The position numbers were made by a program, and so were the translations under genes. Below the pieces are notes generated by a model. It saw only the letters and a list, made by a program, of their open reading frames with translations, was not told the origin of the DNA and did not search any database. DNA of 64,000 nucleotides from Candidatus Enterousia sp. (GTDB lineage Bacteria; Pseudomonadota; Alphaproteobacteria; Rs-D84), in assembly GCA_045637165.1 (NCBI GenBank), contig JAZTYU010000005.1:11282-75281 (forward strand), read 5' to 3'. Positions 51,786-60,400 of the stretch are shown one piece after another (positions within the stretch are counted from its first letter, which is position 1; each line of letters starts with the position of its first letter).

Positions 51786-52598
51786 TTACCGTGCTTTTTT
51801 CATCTTTGAATGTTGCCACAGCATTTTTTTGACCGCATTATTTGCATTTGCAATCAGTGATGCCCGGGTTCTGTTTAACTTTTTACCACTAATTTTTTCA
51901 TACGTATCAAATAATTCGTTTATATCAAGCCCCAGTTGTATGTATCTTGCCGCCATTGCCCCGAACGCATAATTTACATCACTAACTGCGGCGGTGTCTA
52001 TGTCCAAAATCCCCACCAAGTGTCCATCTTCTGATGCGACGATATTTTTTGGTGTTATGTCGGTATGATAAACAGCCTTGTCATCATCATTGCCTAGGTT
52101 AATCAGATAGACCAATGCCATACATAACTTGCCCAAGACGGCGTTGTTCACATTTGTTATGTGTTCATCTGCGACGATATGCATATGCTTATGCGGAAAT
52201 CCGTCCAAGACACCTGGCTTAATTTGTCCCATTTTTGCAAACGCAACCAGTGTTTCACGATACACCTGCTTTATTTTTTCGGCATCCATCCCACGCCCAA
52301 TGCGTTCATACAGTGTTTTGCCAGGAATCTGTTTGTATTCTTCAAAGAAAACGTTTTTATACTGATGTGCCGTGATAACAGGGCAGGGGATGCCGTTTTC
52401 TGCATAGACCCGACTGATGTGTGCATTTTTTTTGATAATATCGGGGTTGCCAAATTTGAATACCATTTGTTGTCCATCGACATTTGCAAAAATAACATTT
52501 TGCTGACTGCCACGAACCAACGGCTGGCATATTTTTTTAGCATTTGGATAGCGGTCAAAGATAGCCGCTTTGTAAATAATAAACGTGTCTTCTGACAT
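51786..52598 (-). CDS. aminoglycoside-phosphotransferase-fold (APH/choline-kinase-like) kinase
   Basis: Catalytic loop YHTDITPKNIV (HxDxxxxN) and ILDIDTA (DxD). GAGG RBS. Confidence 0.7.
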   Translation of the reverse strand: MSEDTFIIYKAAIFDRYPNAKKICQPLVRGSQQNVIFANVDGQQMVFKFGNPDIIKKNAHISRVYAENGIPCPVITAHQYKNVFFEEYKQIPGKTLYERIGRGMDAEKIKQVYRETLVAFAKMGQIKPGVLDGFPHKHMHIVADEHITNVNNAVLGKLCMALVYLINLGNDDDKAVYHTDITPKNIVASEDGHLVGILDIDTAAVSDVNYAFGAMAARYIQLGLDINELFDTYEKISGKKLNRTRASLIANANNAVKKMLWQHSKMKKAR

Positions 52599-52667
52599 AA
52601 AAATCCTCGGAATAAAATGTTGTCAAACTTATTTTATTGTCAATAATATGAAAGTCAAGAAATAATT

Positions 52668-53739
52668 CTAGCCCTGTTGCAACGACGCCAACATATATTC
52701 GTCCAAATCCCCGTCTAATACGGCATCAGAATCAGTTTTTTCAACCCCGGTTCTAACATCTTTTACCAGTTGATACGGGTATAAAACATAGTTTCTAATT
52801 TGGCTGCCCCACTCAATTTTCTTTTGTGCGGCCTTGGCTGCGTCTTCTTCTGCGGCCCGTTTTTGCATTTCCAGTTCATACAGTTTACTGCGCAACATTT
52901 TCATTGCCATTTCACGGTTTTGAATCTGACTGCGTTCATTCTGACAGGTGACGACCGTGTTTGTTGGAATATGTGTTATTCGCACGGCACTGTCTGTTTT
53001 ATTAACGTGTTGCCCGCCGGCACCTGATGAACGATATGTGTCAATCCGCAAATCCTTGTCGTTAATTTCAATTTCAATAGTGTCGTCAATATCCGGCCAC
53101 ACATCCACAGACGCAAAACTCGTCTGACGTTTGCCGTTTGCGTTAAATGGCGAAATCCTAACCAGGCGATGCACCCCGATTTCATTTTTTAGCCACCCAT
53201 ATGCCCGTTCGCCACTAATTCTGTATGTGATATTTTTTATTCCTGCGGTATCGCCTTCGTGTTCTTCGATAACTTCGGTTGAAAATCCGTGCCTTTCTGC
53301 CCAGCGTGCATACATTCTTGACATCATTTGGGCCCAGTCTTGTGCCTCGGTCCCGCCAGCACCAGCTTGGATAAACAAGAACGCACCATCATTATCGGCT
53401 GGTTCACGGAACAGTGTGATAAACTTTGCCTTGTGTGCAGTGTCGGCTAATTTTTCAATTGCCGATATAACATCTGGGTCATCGGGGGCGATTTCAAACA
53501 GTTCACTCAGATTGTTAAAATCAGATTCTAACTCTCTAATTTCATGTAGTGATTTTTCCAAACCCGATTTTTTTTGTAAAATCGCCCGTGCATTATCAGG
53601 GCTGTCCCACAAATCGGGGGCGTTTACCTGTTCATCTAATTCAGAAATCTGCTGTTTTAACTTTTCTGGGTCAAAGAAACCCCCTGACGGCAGCGATGTC
53701 GTCGGAAATTTGTGTCAAAAATTCATTAGTAATAATCAT
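52668..53739 (-). CDS. prfB: peptide chain release factor 2, expressed by programmed +1 frameshift
   Basis: Frame 0 reads MIITNEFLTQISDDIAAVRGFL, then an in-frame TGA (53673-53671). The +1 frame continues DPEKLKQQ...; SPF (RISPFNANGKRQTSFA) and GGQ (SGAGGQHVNKT) motifs follow. Confidence 0.95.
53670..53685 (-). promoter_or_regulatory. prfB recoding site: internal SD-like AGGGGG, then CTT TGA C slippery/stop
   Basis: The minus strand reads AGG GGG TTT CTT TGA C, identical in layout to the E. coli RF2 frameshift cassette. Confidence 0.9.
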
Positions 53740-53835
53740 AACAACATTATCATATCAGTAAATTTGCCTAAATCAAATGAATGTTTGCCTTTTTTGTTTG
53801 GTTATGTTAAAATTACCACAACGAGAGGGATTTTA

Positions 53836-55083
53836 ATGAAGCGTTTTATTGGTGTTTTTGGTCTGATTGGTGCGTATTTGTTGGGAAATGCCGCTTATGC
53901 GGTTTCTGCTGGTGCTGTTGGTGCATCTGACCAAAACCGTGGCAGTATAATACAGACCCCCACAGCGACCAGTCAACTTCGTGGGCATGCAGGGGTTGCG
54001 AATGCTTATAAAACCAATCAACGCAATACGTATTTTATTGTTAGCCAGCCTGATGTTGACACGGCCTGTCGTGAAAAGATTTTCAAATGTTTAACTGATT
54101 ATTGTGGTGATGTAACTGTTGTTCCCGGTCAGCGTGAATCCAAATGCCAATACGCAACGGAAACTGAATTGTATAATTATACCATGTTGTGCTTGCAACG
54201 TGATACTGAAATTTTGCTGCCACAGTATGGGGCAAACACACGTAATCACACTGGCGGTATGAATACAGCGGCACAACTGTGCCCGTCCTATGTCCAACAG
54301 GAATTGATGTCATATATGTCAATGTCCAGTATGGCAAACCAGTTGTCGAAATCTAATTCTAACCTGTGTATCCAACGCCGCCAAGAACTAGAAGCGGCGA
54401 TGGCATGCCATACAGTTGCTTTGACATATGGAAATGAAACAACCAGTATGTTGACATCACAGCTAACAGATTATTGTGGGGCAGGTGTTCCTGGGGGCAG
54501 TGCCGAAATGGTAACTCGTTTTGCAAATGCTGGAAACGTTGGTGCAAATATCTGGGGATGGGCTGAAAAAATTGTAAATCTGAATTTGAATAAAAAGGGC
54601 GACGAATGGCAGGCTGCGGTTGATGCTGTTTTGGCCGGATATACCAATCGTATGAATTTGGCATGTGGCGATAACTTACAGTTAAATAGTGTTTCGCATT
54701 CGTCCAATGATTCTCAGCCTTCGGCATTACAAACTGTGGCGGCAATTGCCGTTGGTGCGGCTTTTCCAACAACGGAATCACAGGCTGAAAATCCATATGA
54801 AAATTGGTCTGTGTGGATGCAGGTTGAATCTTTGAGTGATGAAATTTACACATATGACCGTGCGTTCCAACTGGTTCAGGCGGCATTGTCTAATCCGTCA
54901 ACTACACCAAATGCATTTTTTACCAGTGCCCAGATTGACGATATGCAACGTGCATACATTCGTGGAACCAAGGTGTTTATTGTTCGTGACAGTGGACGTT
55001 GTTTTCTTGTGCCTGTTGCACAACTAACAGATGCAGAACAGTCTTTGGTTTCTCAGTCATTTGCTCACTGTATTGGGAAATAA
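53836..55083 (+). CDS. hypothetical secreted cysteine-rich protein (415 aa)
   Basis: ATG 53836 after GAGAGGGA. Signal peptide MKRFIGVFGLIGAYLLGNAAYA. About 14 Cys. The part of the 650-aa track ORF upstream of 53836 is antisense to prfB. Confidence 0.55.
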   Translation: MKRFIGVFGLIGAYLLGNAAYAVSAGAVGASDQNRGSIIQTPTATSQLRGHAGVANAYKTNQRNTYFIVSQPDVDTACREKIFKCLTDYCGDVTVVPGQRESKCQYATETELYNYTMLCLQRDTEILLPQYGANTRNHTGGMNTAAQLCPSYVQQELMSYMSMSSMANQLSKSNSNLCIQRRQELEAAMACHTVALTYGNETTSMLTSQLTDYCGAGVPGGSAEMVTRFANAGNVGANIWGWAEKIVNLNLNKKGDEWQAAVDAVLAGYTNRMNLACGDNLQLNSVSHSSNDSQPSALQTVAAIAVGAAFPTTESQAENPYENWSVWMQVESLSDEIYTYDRAFQLVQAALSNPSTTPNAFFTSAQIDDMQRAYIRGTKVFIVRDSGRCFLVPVAQLTDAEQSLVSQSFAHCIGK

Positions 55084-55099
55084 TAAAGCAGAATAAACA

Positions 55100-55128
55100 A
55101 CAGCACCCACAATGTGGGTGTTTTTTTG
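55100..55128 (+). terminator. intrinsic terminator
   Basis: CACCCAC-AAT-GTGGGTG, followed by T7. Confidence 0.8.
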
Positions 55129-55140
55129 TGTAAACAAAAT

Positions 55141-55170
55141 AAAAAAAAGACGTTCAATCGAACGTCTGTT
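55141..55170 (-). terminator. intrinsic terminator after the 55192..55500 gene
   Basis: AGACGTTC-loop-GAACGTCT, followed by T8 on the minus strand. Confidence 0.75.
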
Positions 55171-55191
55171 AAAAATACTCTTTTTGTTATT

Positions 55192-55500
55192 TTATTCTTC
55201 GACCAAAACCATTGTGTTCCCATCTTCTACGACCAGGTCTGGGTCTTCACTTGTGCTTTTGTTTCCGGTCCATACATAGTAAGAATATGGCACGTTCCCA
55301 CCCTGGGCCTGAATCTCAATAACATGTTTGCTTGTTTCCAAAACCAAGTCATTTCCATTTGGTGATTCAACACGAATTACTTCGCAATTTTCATCTGCAC
55401 AGTTAAAACCTTGTTGTCCTGCGACAATTTCATCCGATGAAGACCGACAGCCCGCCAGTGCTAACATCAATACCAAAAATGGCAAATATATCTTTTTCAT
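55192..55500 (-). CDS. hypothetical small lipoprotein
   Basis: Lipobox LALAGC. 102 aa. Confidence 0.5.
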   Translation of the reverse strand: MKKIYLPFLVLMLALAGCRSSSDEIVAGQQGFNCADENCEVIRVESPNGNDLVLETSKHVIEIQAQGGNVPYSYYVWTGNKSTSEDPDLVVEDGNTMVLVEE

Positions 55501-55604
55501 GTTCTTTATTATATCACAATTTTAGTGCAGAAAAAAGCAAAAACATATTGAAATAGGGGTATTCTCTTATTATACTGACACGGCAATAATAGAGAGAATT
55601 TAAA

Positions 55605-56588
55605 GTGTATATTTATGACAAGATTTATGGTGGCTTTGACGTTGAAGAGCCTGTTTTTGAACGTATAATAAAATCAGAAACTTTTTGTCGTTTAGCGGGC
55701 ATAAACATGGGCTGTTGGTCGCCTAGTATGCCGTTCTATACAACGGATTACGACCGTTATGAACATTCGATTGGCGTATGGTTATTGTTGCGAAAATATG
55801 GTGCAAGTATTCCTGAACAAATTGCAGGGCTTATTCATGATGTTTCGCACAGTGCGTTTTCGCATTTGTCTGACCGAATCTTTGGCGATTCAAAATCTGC
55901 CCAGGCTGCACAATACCAAGACTCTGTTCATGATGGTTTTGTAAAAAAATCTGAAATTGCAAAAATAATAACAGATTGCGGTTATGATTTAGACTTTATC
56001 CTTGATGATAAAAATTTCCCACTAAAAGAACTATCTCTTCCAGATTTGTGTGCAGACCGAATTGACTATTGTCTGCGTGCGACACTGCACTTGAAACACT
56101 ATGGGCATATGTTGGATATAGACGTTGTAGAATTAGCAAATTCTTTTGTGGCTACATCACAAGGTTTTATTATGCGTGACGTTGAATCTGCTCGCTGTTT
56201 TGCACGAACATTTAATTTTGCAGACGAACGAATATATTCGTCATTTGAAAATGTTTTTTTTGAAGCGATGATGGCCCAGATATGTCGTGATTCTATTGAA
56301 AGTGGAATAATTGCACGCAATGATTTTTGGGAAATGACAGATTGGCAAATCCTGAAAAAGATGCAAGATGCCGGTGTTGATTTTTCAAAAATGTATCGCA
56401 ATCCTGCTGAATGGTGTGCGTGTTTGTGCGACATATCTGCAATAACAGAATATCAAAAGGTTCGTCGAATTGATCCGTTATTTATTTCTGCTGACGGCAC
56501 AAATAAAAGACTGAGCGATGTCGATTCAGACTATTCAGAATATATTAAAAGTATCCCTAAATACAAAGAATATAAAATTAAAATATAA
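55605..56588 (+). CDS. HD-domain phosphohydrolase (COG1078 / SAMHD1-dGTPase-like HD core), short form
   Basis: GTG start. RYEHSIGVWLL...AGLIHDVSHSAFSH...DRIDY matches the H..HD..D pattern of dNTP-triphosphohydrolase-type HD proteins. Confidence 0.65.
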   Translation: MYIYDKIYGGFDVEEPVFERIIKSETFCRLAGINMGCWSPSMPFYTTDYDRYEHSIGVWLLLRKYGASIPEQIAGLIHDVSHSAFSHLSDRIFGDSKSAQAAQYQDSVHDGFVKKSEIAKIITDCGYDLDFILDDKNFPLKELSLPDLCADRIDYCLRATLHLKHYGHMLDIDVVELANSFVATSQGFIMRDVESARCFARTFNFADERIYSSFENVFFEAMMAQICRDSIESGIIARNDFWEMTDWQILKKMQDAGVDFSKMYRNPAEWCACLCDISAITEYQKVRRIDPLFISADGTNKRLSDVDSDYSEYIKSIPKYKEYKIKI

Positions 56589-56612
56589 AATCCCCAACAA
56601 GGGGATTTTTTT
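56586..56612. terminator. bidirectional intrinsic terminator (HD gene / HNH gene)
   Basis: AAAATCCCC-AACAA-GGGGATTTTTTT. Confidence 0.8.
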
Positions 56613-57108
56613 ATCGTTTATATTTTTTGTCTTTAATTTTGCCATTGCTAGGGATTTTATCGTGGTCGCATTTGAATAAATATATCAAATTTTGTGGGCG
56701 ACAATCATATCCATCGTTTGAAATGTGGTGAATTTCATATCCGGACAGTTTGTTCCCCAGCCATGCTGCCGCTATCAAGCGGTATAAGTATTCGTTATTC
56801 AATTCCGGAACAATCAGCCACCCGTGTGGCTGTTTGTTTTGAATAAGTTTATGCAACGTTTCTGCCCCCAGTTGTTCGTCAGGTGCATGTTTTTCACAAA
56901 TTCGTGCAATTTTATTGCCGATTTTAATGCGACCCAAATTACTGGCCCAAGTGTTTTTTATTCCGGGGCAGGGCAACCAAGTTTCGTTCTGGGTTTCATC
57001 AGTGCTAGCCCAGGACCAATCAGCGTCTTTTGATAGATAATAATCGTCGATTTGTTCGGTGTTCCATACTGTATCCACTAATTCATCAATCGTCCAAATA
57101 TTGTTCAT
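56611..57108 (-). CDS. free-standing HNH endonuclease (NUMOD4-like plus HNH_3-like)
   Basis: WLPCPG...WASNLGRIK (NUMOD4-like). YEIHHISNDGYDCRPQNLIYLFKCDHDKI (HNH with HH..N..N..H spacing). Confidence 0.6.
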   Translation of the reverse strand: MNNIWTIDELVDTVWNTEQIDDYYLSKDADWSWASTDETQNETWLPCPGIKNTWASNLGRIKIGNKIARICEKHAPDEQLGAETLHKLIQNKQPHGWLIVPELNNEYLYRLIAAAWLGNKLSGYEIHHISNDGYDCRPQNLIYLFKCDHDKIPSNGKIKDKKYKR

Positions 57109-57126
57109 AAATATATTCCTTATTTT

Positions 57127-57231
57127 TTATAACATGAACATACCGACAAAAAATGGAATTGCAAACAAAACAATGATAAAAATGCCACAGAATTTCAGCA
57201 TGCCAACAAAGATTTTACTGCCAATTTTCAT
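57127..57231 (-). CDS. possible 34-aa hydrophobic micro-protein
   Basis: GGAGCG, then 7 nt, then ATG. MKIGSKIFVGMLKFCGIFIIVLFAIPFFVGMFML. Below the ORF-track cutoff; composition and RBS are the only evidence. Confidence 0.3.
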   Translation of the reverse strand: MKIGSKIFVGMLKFCGIFIIVLFAIPFFVGMFML

Positions 57232-57360
57232 TTTTTTATCGCTCCATACACAGGCATTTTATCTGTCGTTGTTACGGTGTGCAACTGTTTCTTCCTTTTT
57301 TTTTGTTTTTTTGTGCTATAATATACAGCATATTAAAAAAGTTGCGTGAAGGTCGTGAAT

Positions 57361-57391
57361 AAAAAAATACCCCGTTTGGGGTATTTTTTTA
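57361..57391. terminator. bidirectional intrinsic terminator (after tRNA-Ser on the minus strand)
   Basis: A7-TACCCC-GTTT-GGGGTA-T7. Confidence 0.8.
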
Positions 57392-57397
57392 TTATCC

Positions 57398-57488
57398 TGG
57401 CGGAGACGAAGGGATTCGAACCCTTGATGCCCTTGCGAGCATACCACATTTCCAATGTGGCGCACTAGACCAACTATGCGACGTCTCC
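57398..57488 (-). tRNA. tRNA-Ser (anticodon GGA), long variable arm, CCA encoded
   Basis: Hand-folded, 91 nt. Acceptor GGAGACG/CGUCUCC, anticodon loop UUGGAAA, variable arm UAUGCUCGCAAGGGCAUC. Confidence 0.9.
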
Positions 57489-57498
57489 GTATTCTAAA

Positions 57499-57894
57499 TT
57501 ATTCTGCATCGTCACTGTTGTCAGAATCGATTTCGTCATCTGATTCAGCGACCGCACTTGTTTCTTCTGTCAAGACATCATCCAATTCTGCGTCAATTAC
57601 ACGCAGTTCAGGATTTTCACTGCCAATTTCCAGTGTTTCTTCGCCTGCTTCTGCACTTGGTGCATCTTTATAAGACTGAACAAATTCGTGACGAATAGTA
57701 TCGACGTTTAATTTGCCGCTGGCGATTTCACGCAATGCAACAACTGTCATTTTGTCATTGTTTTTTTCAACGACGGCTTCTGCACCACCGTTCAGATCAC
57801 GAACACGCTGTGATGCCAGCATGCCAACCTCATATCGGCTTTCCATTTTCAATTCTTTCTTTGACAATATGTCAGAAATTGTTGTGCGTGCCAT
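57499..57894 (-). CDS. rpoZ: DNA-directed RNA polymerase subunit omega with acidic C-terminal tail
   Basis: MARTTISD...RYEVGMLASQRVRDL...NDKMTVVALREIASGKL matches the omega core. Confidence 0.88.
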   Translation of the reverse strand: MARTTISDILSKKELKMESRYEVGMLASQRVRDLNGGAEAVVEKNNDKMTVVALREIASGKLNVDTIRHEFVQSYKDAPSAEAGEETLEIGSENPELRVIDAELDDVLTEETSAVAESDDEIDSDNSDDAE

Positions 57895-57946
57895 AATTTA
57901 ATTCCTTTGTTGAATTCATTTTTAACCAGGCTATAATGCCCTATGG

Positions 57947-59209
57947 ATGGTAAAAATGCAAGCAGAAAATAAAAAAAACAATATAAAAACATTATCTTTT
58001 GGTTGTCGGCTGAATGCACTGGAATCTGAAAAGATTCAAGAAATGCTGTCGCCACACCTGACGGCGGCTATTGTGGTCAATACTTGTGCCGTTACGGCCG
58101 AGGCTGAACGTCAATCTGGTCAGGCGGTTCGCAAGATTGCTCGTGAAAATCCAAATGCACCAATTTTTGTGACGGGCTGTGCTGCAACACGCAATCCTGG
58201 GTTGTTTTCTCAGATATCCAACACAATTACTGTTCCAAATTCTGAAAAACTGCACCTGGGGGCCTATCTTGATGGGCTGGCGACAGCATCGTGCGATATA
58301 AAAAGCCCCCAAATTTCACGTTTTAATCACAGTGATTCACGACTGTCCAAACAGTTTGTTCAAATACAAAATGGTTGTAATCACAGTTGTGCGTATTGTA
58401 TTACACGTGCCTTGCGTGGTCCGTCGGTTTCGTTTGAATACAAGGATATTTTGTCTGATGTTGTTGTCGCTGTGCAAAATGGCTTTACTGAAATTGTTTT
58501 GACCGGGATTGATATAGCGTCATATGTAAAACGGCAGGGCGATAAAGTCCTTTTGTTATCAGATTTATGTCGTTGTTTATTGCATGATGTTCCCCAGATT
58601 CGCCGTCTTCGTCTGTCCTCGGTTGACCCGGCTGTTCCGGATGTTGAATCTATCATAGATTTAATATTATCAGAACCACGAATGATGCCGCATATGCATT
58701 TTTCTATGCAGTCTGGTTCAAATACGATTTTGCGTTCTATGGGGCGTCGTCATAATGCGGAAACGGTCCGCAATTTGGTAAAACGTGCTAACGGAAAAAT
58801 TACATTCAGTTGGGATATTATCTGTGGTTTTCCGGGCGAATCAGACGGTTTGTTCCAAGAGACGTTGGAACTAGTCAACGAAACCAAGCCGATTAAAATT
58901 CATGCATTTCCATTTTCGCCACGTCCTGGCACGCCTGCGGCAGTTATGCCAAATCAGATTGACCGTTCTGTATCCAAGGGACGCGTTCATATAATTGATG
59001 ATGCGGCAAACAAAAATCGCATTGAATTTATGCAGGCACAAATTGGCAAGACTGTTTCTGTTCTGGCTGAACAAAACAACATTGCCCGTTGTCCACATGA
59101 TATCCCAGTAAAAATTCAAGGTTCTGATATTGTTTCACGTCAAACATACGATGTGAAAATAACCGGTATTCAGGACGATTATTTTATTGGCAATGTGATT
59201 TATAATTGA
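57947..59209 (+). CDS. mtaB: radical-SAM methylthiotransferase, MtaB-like (MiaB/RimO family)
   Basis: N-terminus FGCRLNALESE, radical-SAM CNHSCAYC, and a C-terminal TRAM-like domain. Confidence 0.75.
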   Translation: MVKMQAENKKNNIKTLSFGCRLNALESEKIQEMLSPHLTAAIVVNTCAVTAEAERQSGQAVRKIARENPNAPIFVTGCAATRNPGLFSQISNTITVPNSEKLHLGAYLDGLATASCDIKSPQISRFNHSDSRLSKQFVQIQNGCNHSCAYCITRALRGPSVSFEYKDILSDVVVAVQNGFTEIVLTGIDIASYVKRQGDKVLLLSDLCRCLLHDVPQIRRLRLSSVDPAVPDVESIIDLILSEPRMMPHMHFSMQSGSNTILRSMGRRHNAETVRNLVKRANGKITFSWDIICGFPGESDGLFQETLELVNETKPIKIHAFPFSPRPGTPAAVMPNQIDRSVSKGRVHIIDDAANKNRIEFMQAQIGKTVSVLAEQNNIARCPHDIPVKIQGSDIVSRQTYDVKITGIQDDYFIGNVIYN

Positions 59210-59222
59210 TAATATCCCAGAT

Positions 59223-60398
59223 ATGAAAAAGAAATTATTTGCAATCTTTATGATTTTATTGTCCTCCGCTGCAAATGCAGAGTATAAGACCCGTGCAAAA
59301 TCTGTCTTTTTGATTGATTATGATTCTGGGGCGGAAATTGTTGCGAAAAATGCTGATACGCTTATGCCGCCATCTTCGATGATAAAACTAATGACGTTGG
59401 CGGTGTTGTTTGATGAATTAGCGGCTGGCAATATAACAATGGATACACGATTCCCTGTTGGTGAAAATGCGGACTATAATCGTCCAGAATGGTATCCTGC
59501 CAGCAAGATTTGCCTGGTTGCAGGACAAACAATAACTGTCCGTGATTTGATTCTGGGGTTGATTGTTTTGTCTGGTGGCGATGCATCTGTTGTTGTCGCC
59601 GAAAAGCTTGCCGGGTCCGAGGCACAGTTTACCGCAATGATGGAGGCAAAGGCACGCAGTATTGGTATGGCTCAGTCAACGTTTGGCAATGCCAGTGGTC
59701 TGCCTAATCCAAACAATTTGATGACCAGTCGTGAACTGGCAATATTGGCCCAGCATTTAATTGGGGATTATCCAGATATCTATCCAATGTTTGCGACCAA
59801 GCGTTTTGAATTCAAGGAACATAAAACAGACTGGTGCCGTGAATGGGGGCGAACTCACACAGTAAACTATAATAAATTGCTGTTCAATATGCGTGGTGCA
59901 GACGGCTTAAAGACAGGGCATACCAACGACGGTGGTTATGGAATGGTTGCCAGTGCAAAAATTGGTGGTCGTCGATTGATTGGTGTTATAAACGGCTTTA
60001 ACGGCAAGGGACACGATGCATTGGCATCAGAAATGAAGAAGTTATTAGAGCACGGTTTTTCAACTACCATGAACAAGGTTTTTTATCAGCCGGGCGATGT
60101 TGTTGCAGAAATCCCTGTTTGGTATGGACGCAATGCAAATGTTGCAGCAACTGTTGAAAAGCCTTTTGCGATAACCGTTTCTAAAAAAGACGGATTGGTT
60201 GGGGTTCGTGTTTTGGCACGCTTTAACGAACCGTTAAACGCACCTGTGAATCAGGACCAAGAAATTGGCGAATTGATTGCCGAACAAAATGGTCAGGTTT
60301 TGGTGCGTGCACCATTGATTGCCAAAGAGCAGGTTCGTAAAAATCAATTTTTTGGACGTGTTATTAAAAATATCAAGGTAATATTTGGTTGGAATTAA
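59223..60398 (+). CDS. D-alanyl-D-alanine carboxypeptidase (S11, PBP5/6-like)
   Basis: Signal peptide. SMIKL (SxxK), SGGD (SxN-like), KTGHT. Confidence 0.88.
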   Translation: MKKKLFAIFMILLSSAANAEYKTRAKSVFLIDYDSGAEIVAKNADTLMPPSSMIKLMTLAVLFDELAAGNITMDTRFPVGENADYNRPEWYPASKICLVAGQTITVRDLILGLIVLSGGDASVVVAEKLAGSEAQFTAMMEAKARSIGMAQSTFGNASGLPNPNNLMTSRELAILAQHLIGDYPDIYPMFATKRFEFKEHKTDWCREWGRTHTVNYNKLLFNMRGADGLKTGHTNDGGYGMVASAKIGGRRLIGVINGFNGKGHDALASEMKKLLEHGFSTTMNKVFYQPGDVVAEIPVWYGRNANVAATVEKPFAITVSKKDGLVGVRVLARFNEPLNAPVNQDQEIGELIAEQNGQVLVRAPLIAKEQVRKNQFFGRVIKNIKVIFGWN

Positions 60399-60400
60399 AA

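Noticed and set aside
53131-53835. N-terminal 235 codons of the 650-aa plus-strand track ORF
   Set aside because: This part is antisense to prfB and low-complexity. The real gene starts at ATG 53836, which has an RBS and a signal peptide.
57059-57349. 96-aa plus-strand ORF
   Set aside because: It overlaps the HNH start and the intergenic T-rich promoter region. It is Phe/Ile/Leu-rich from AT-rich DNA and has no RBS.
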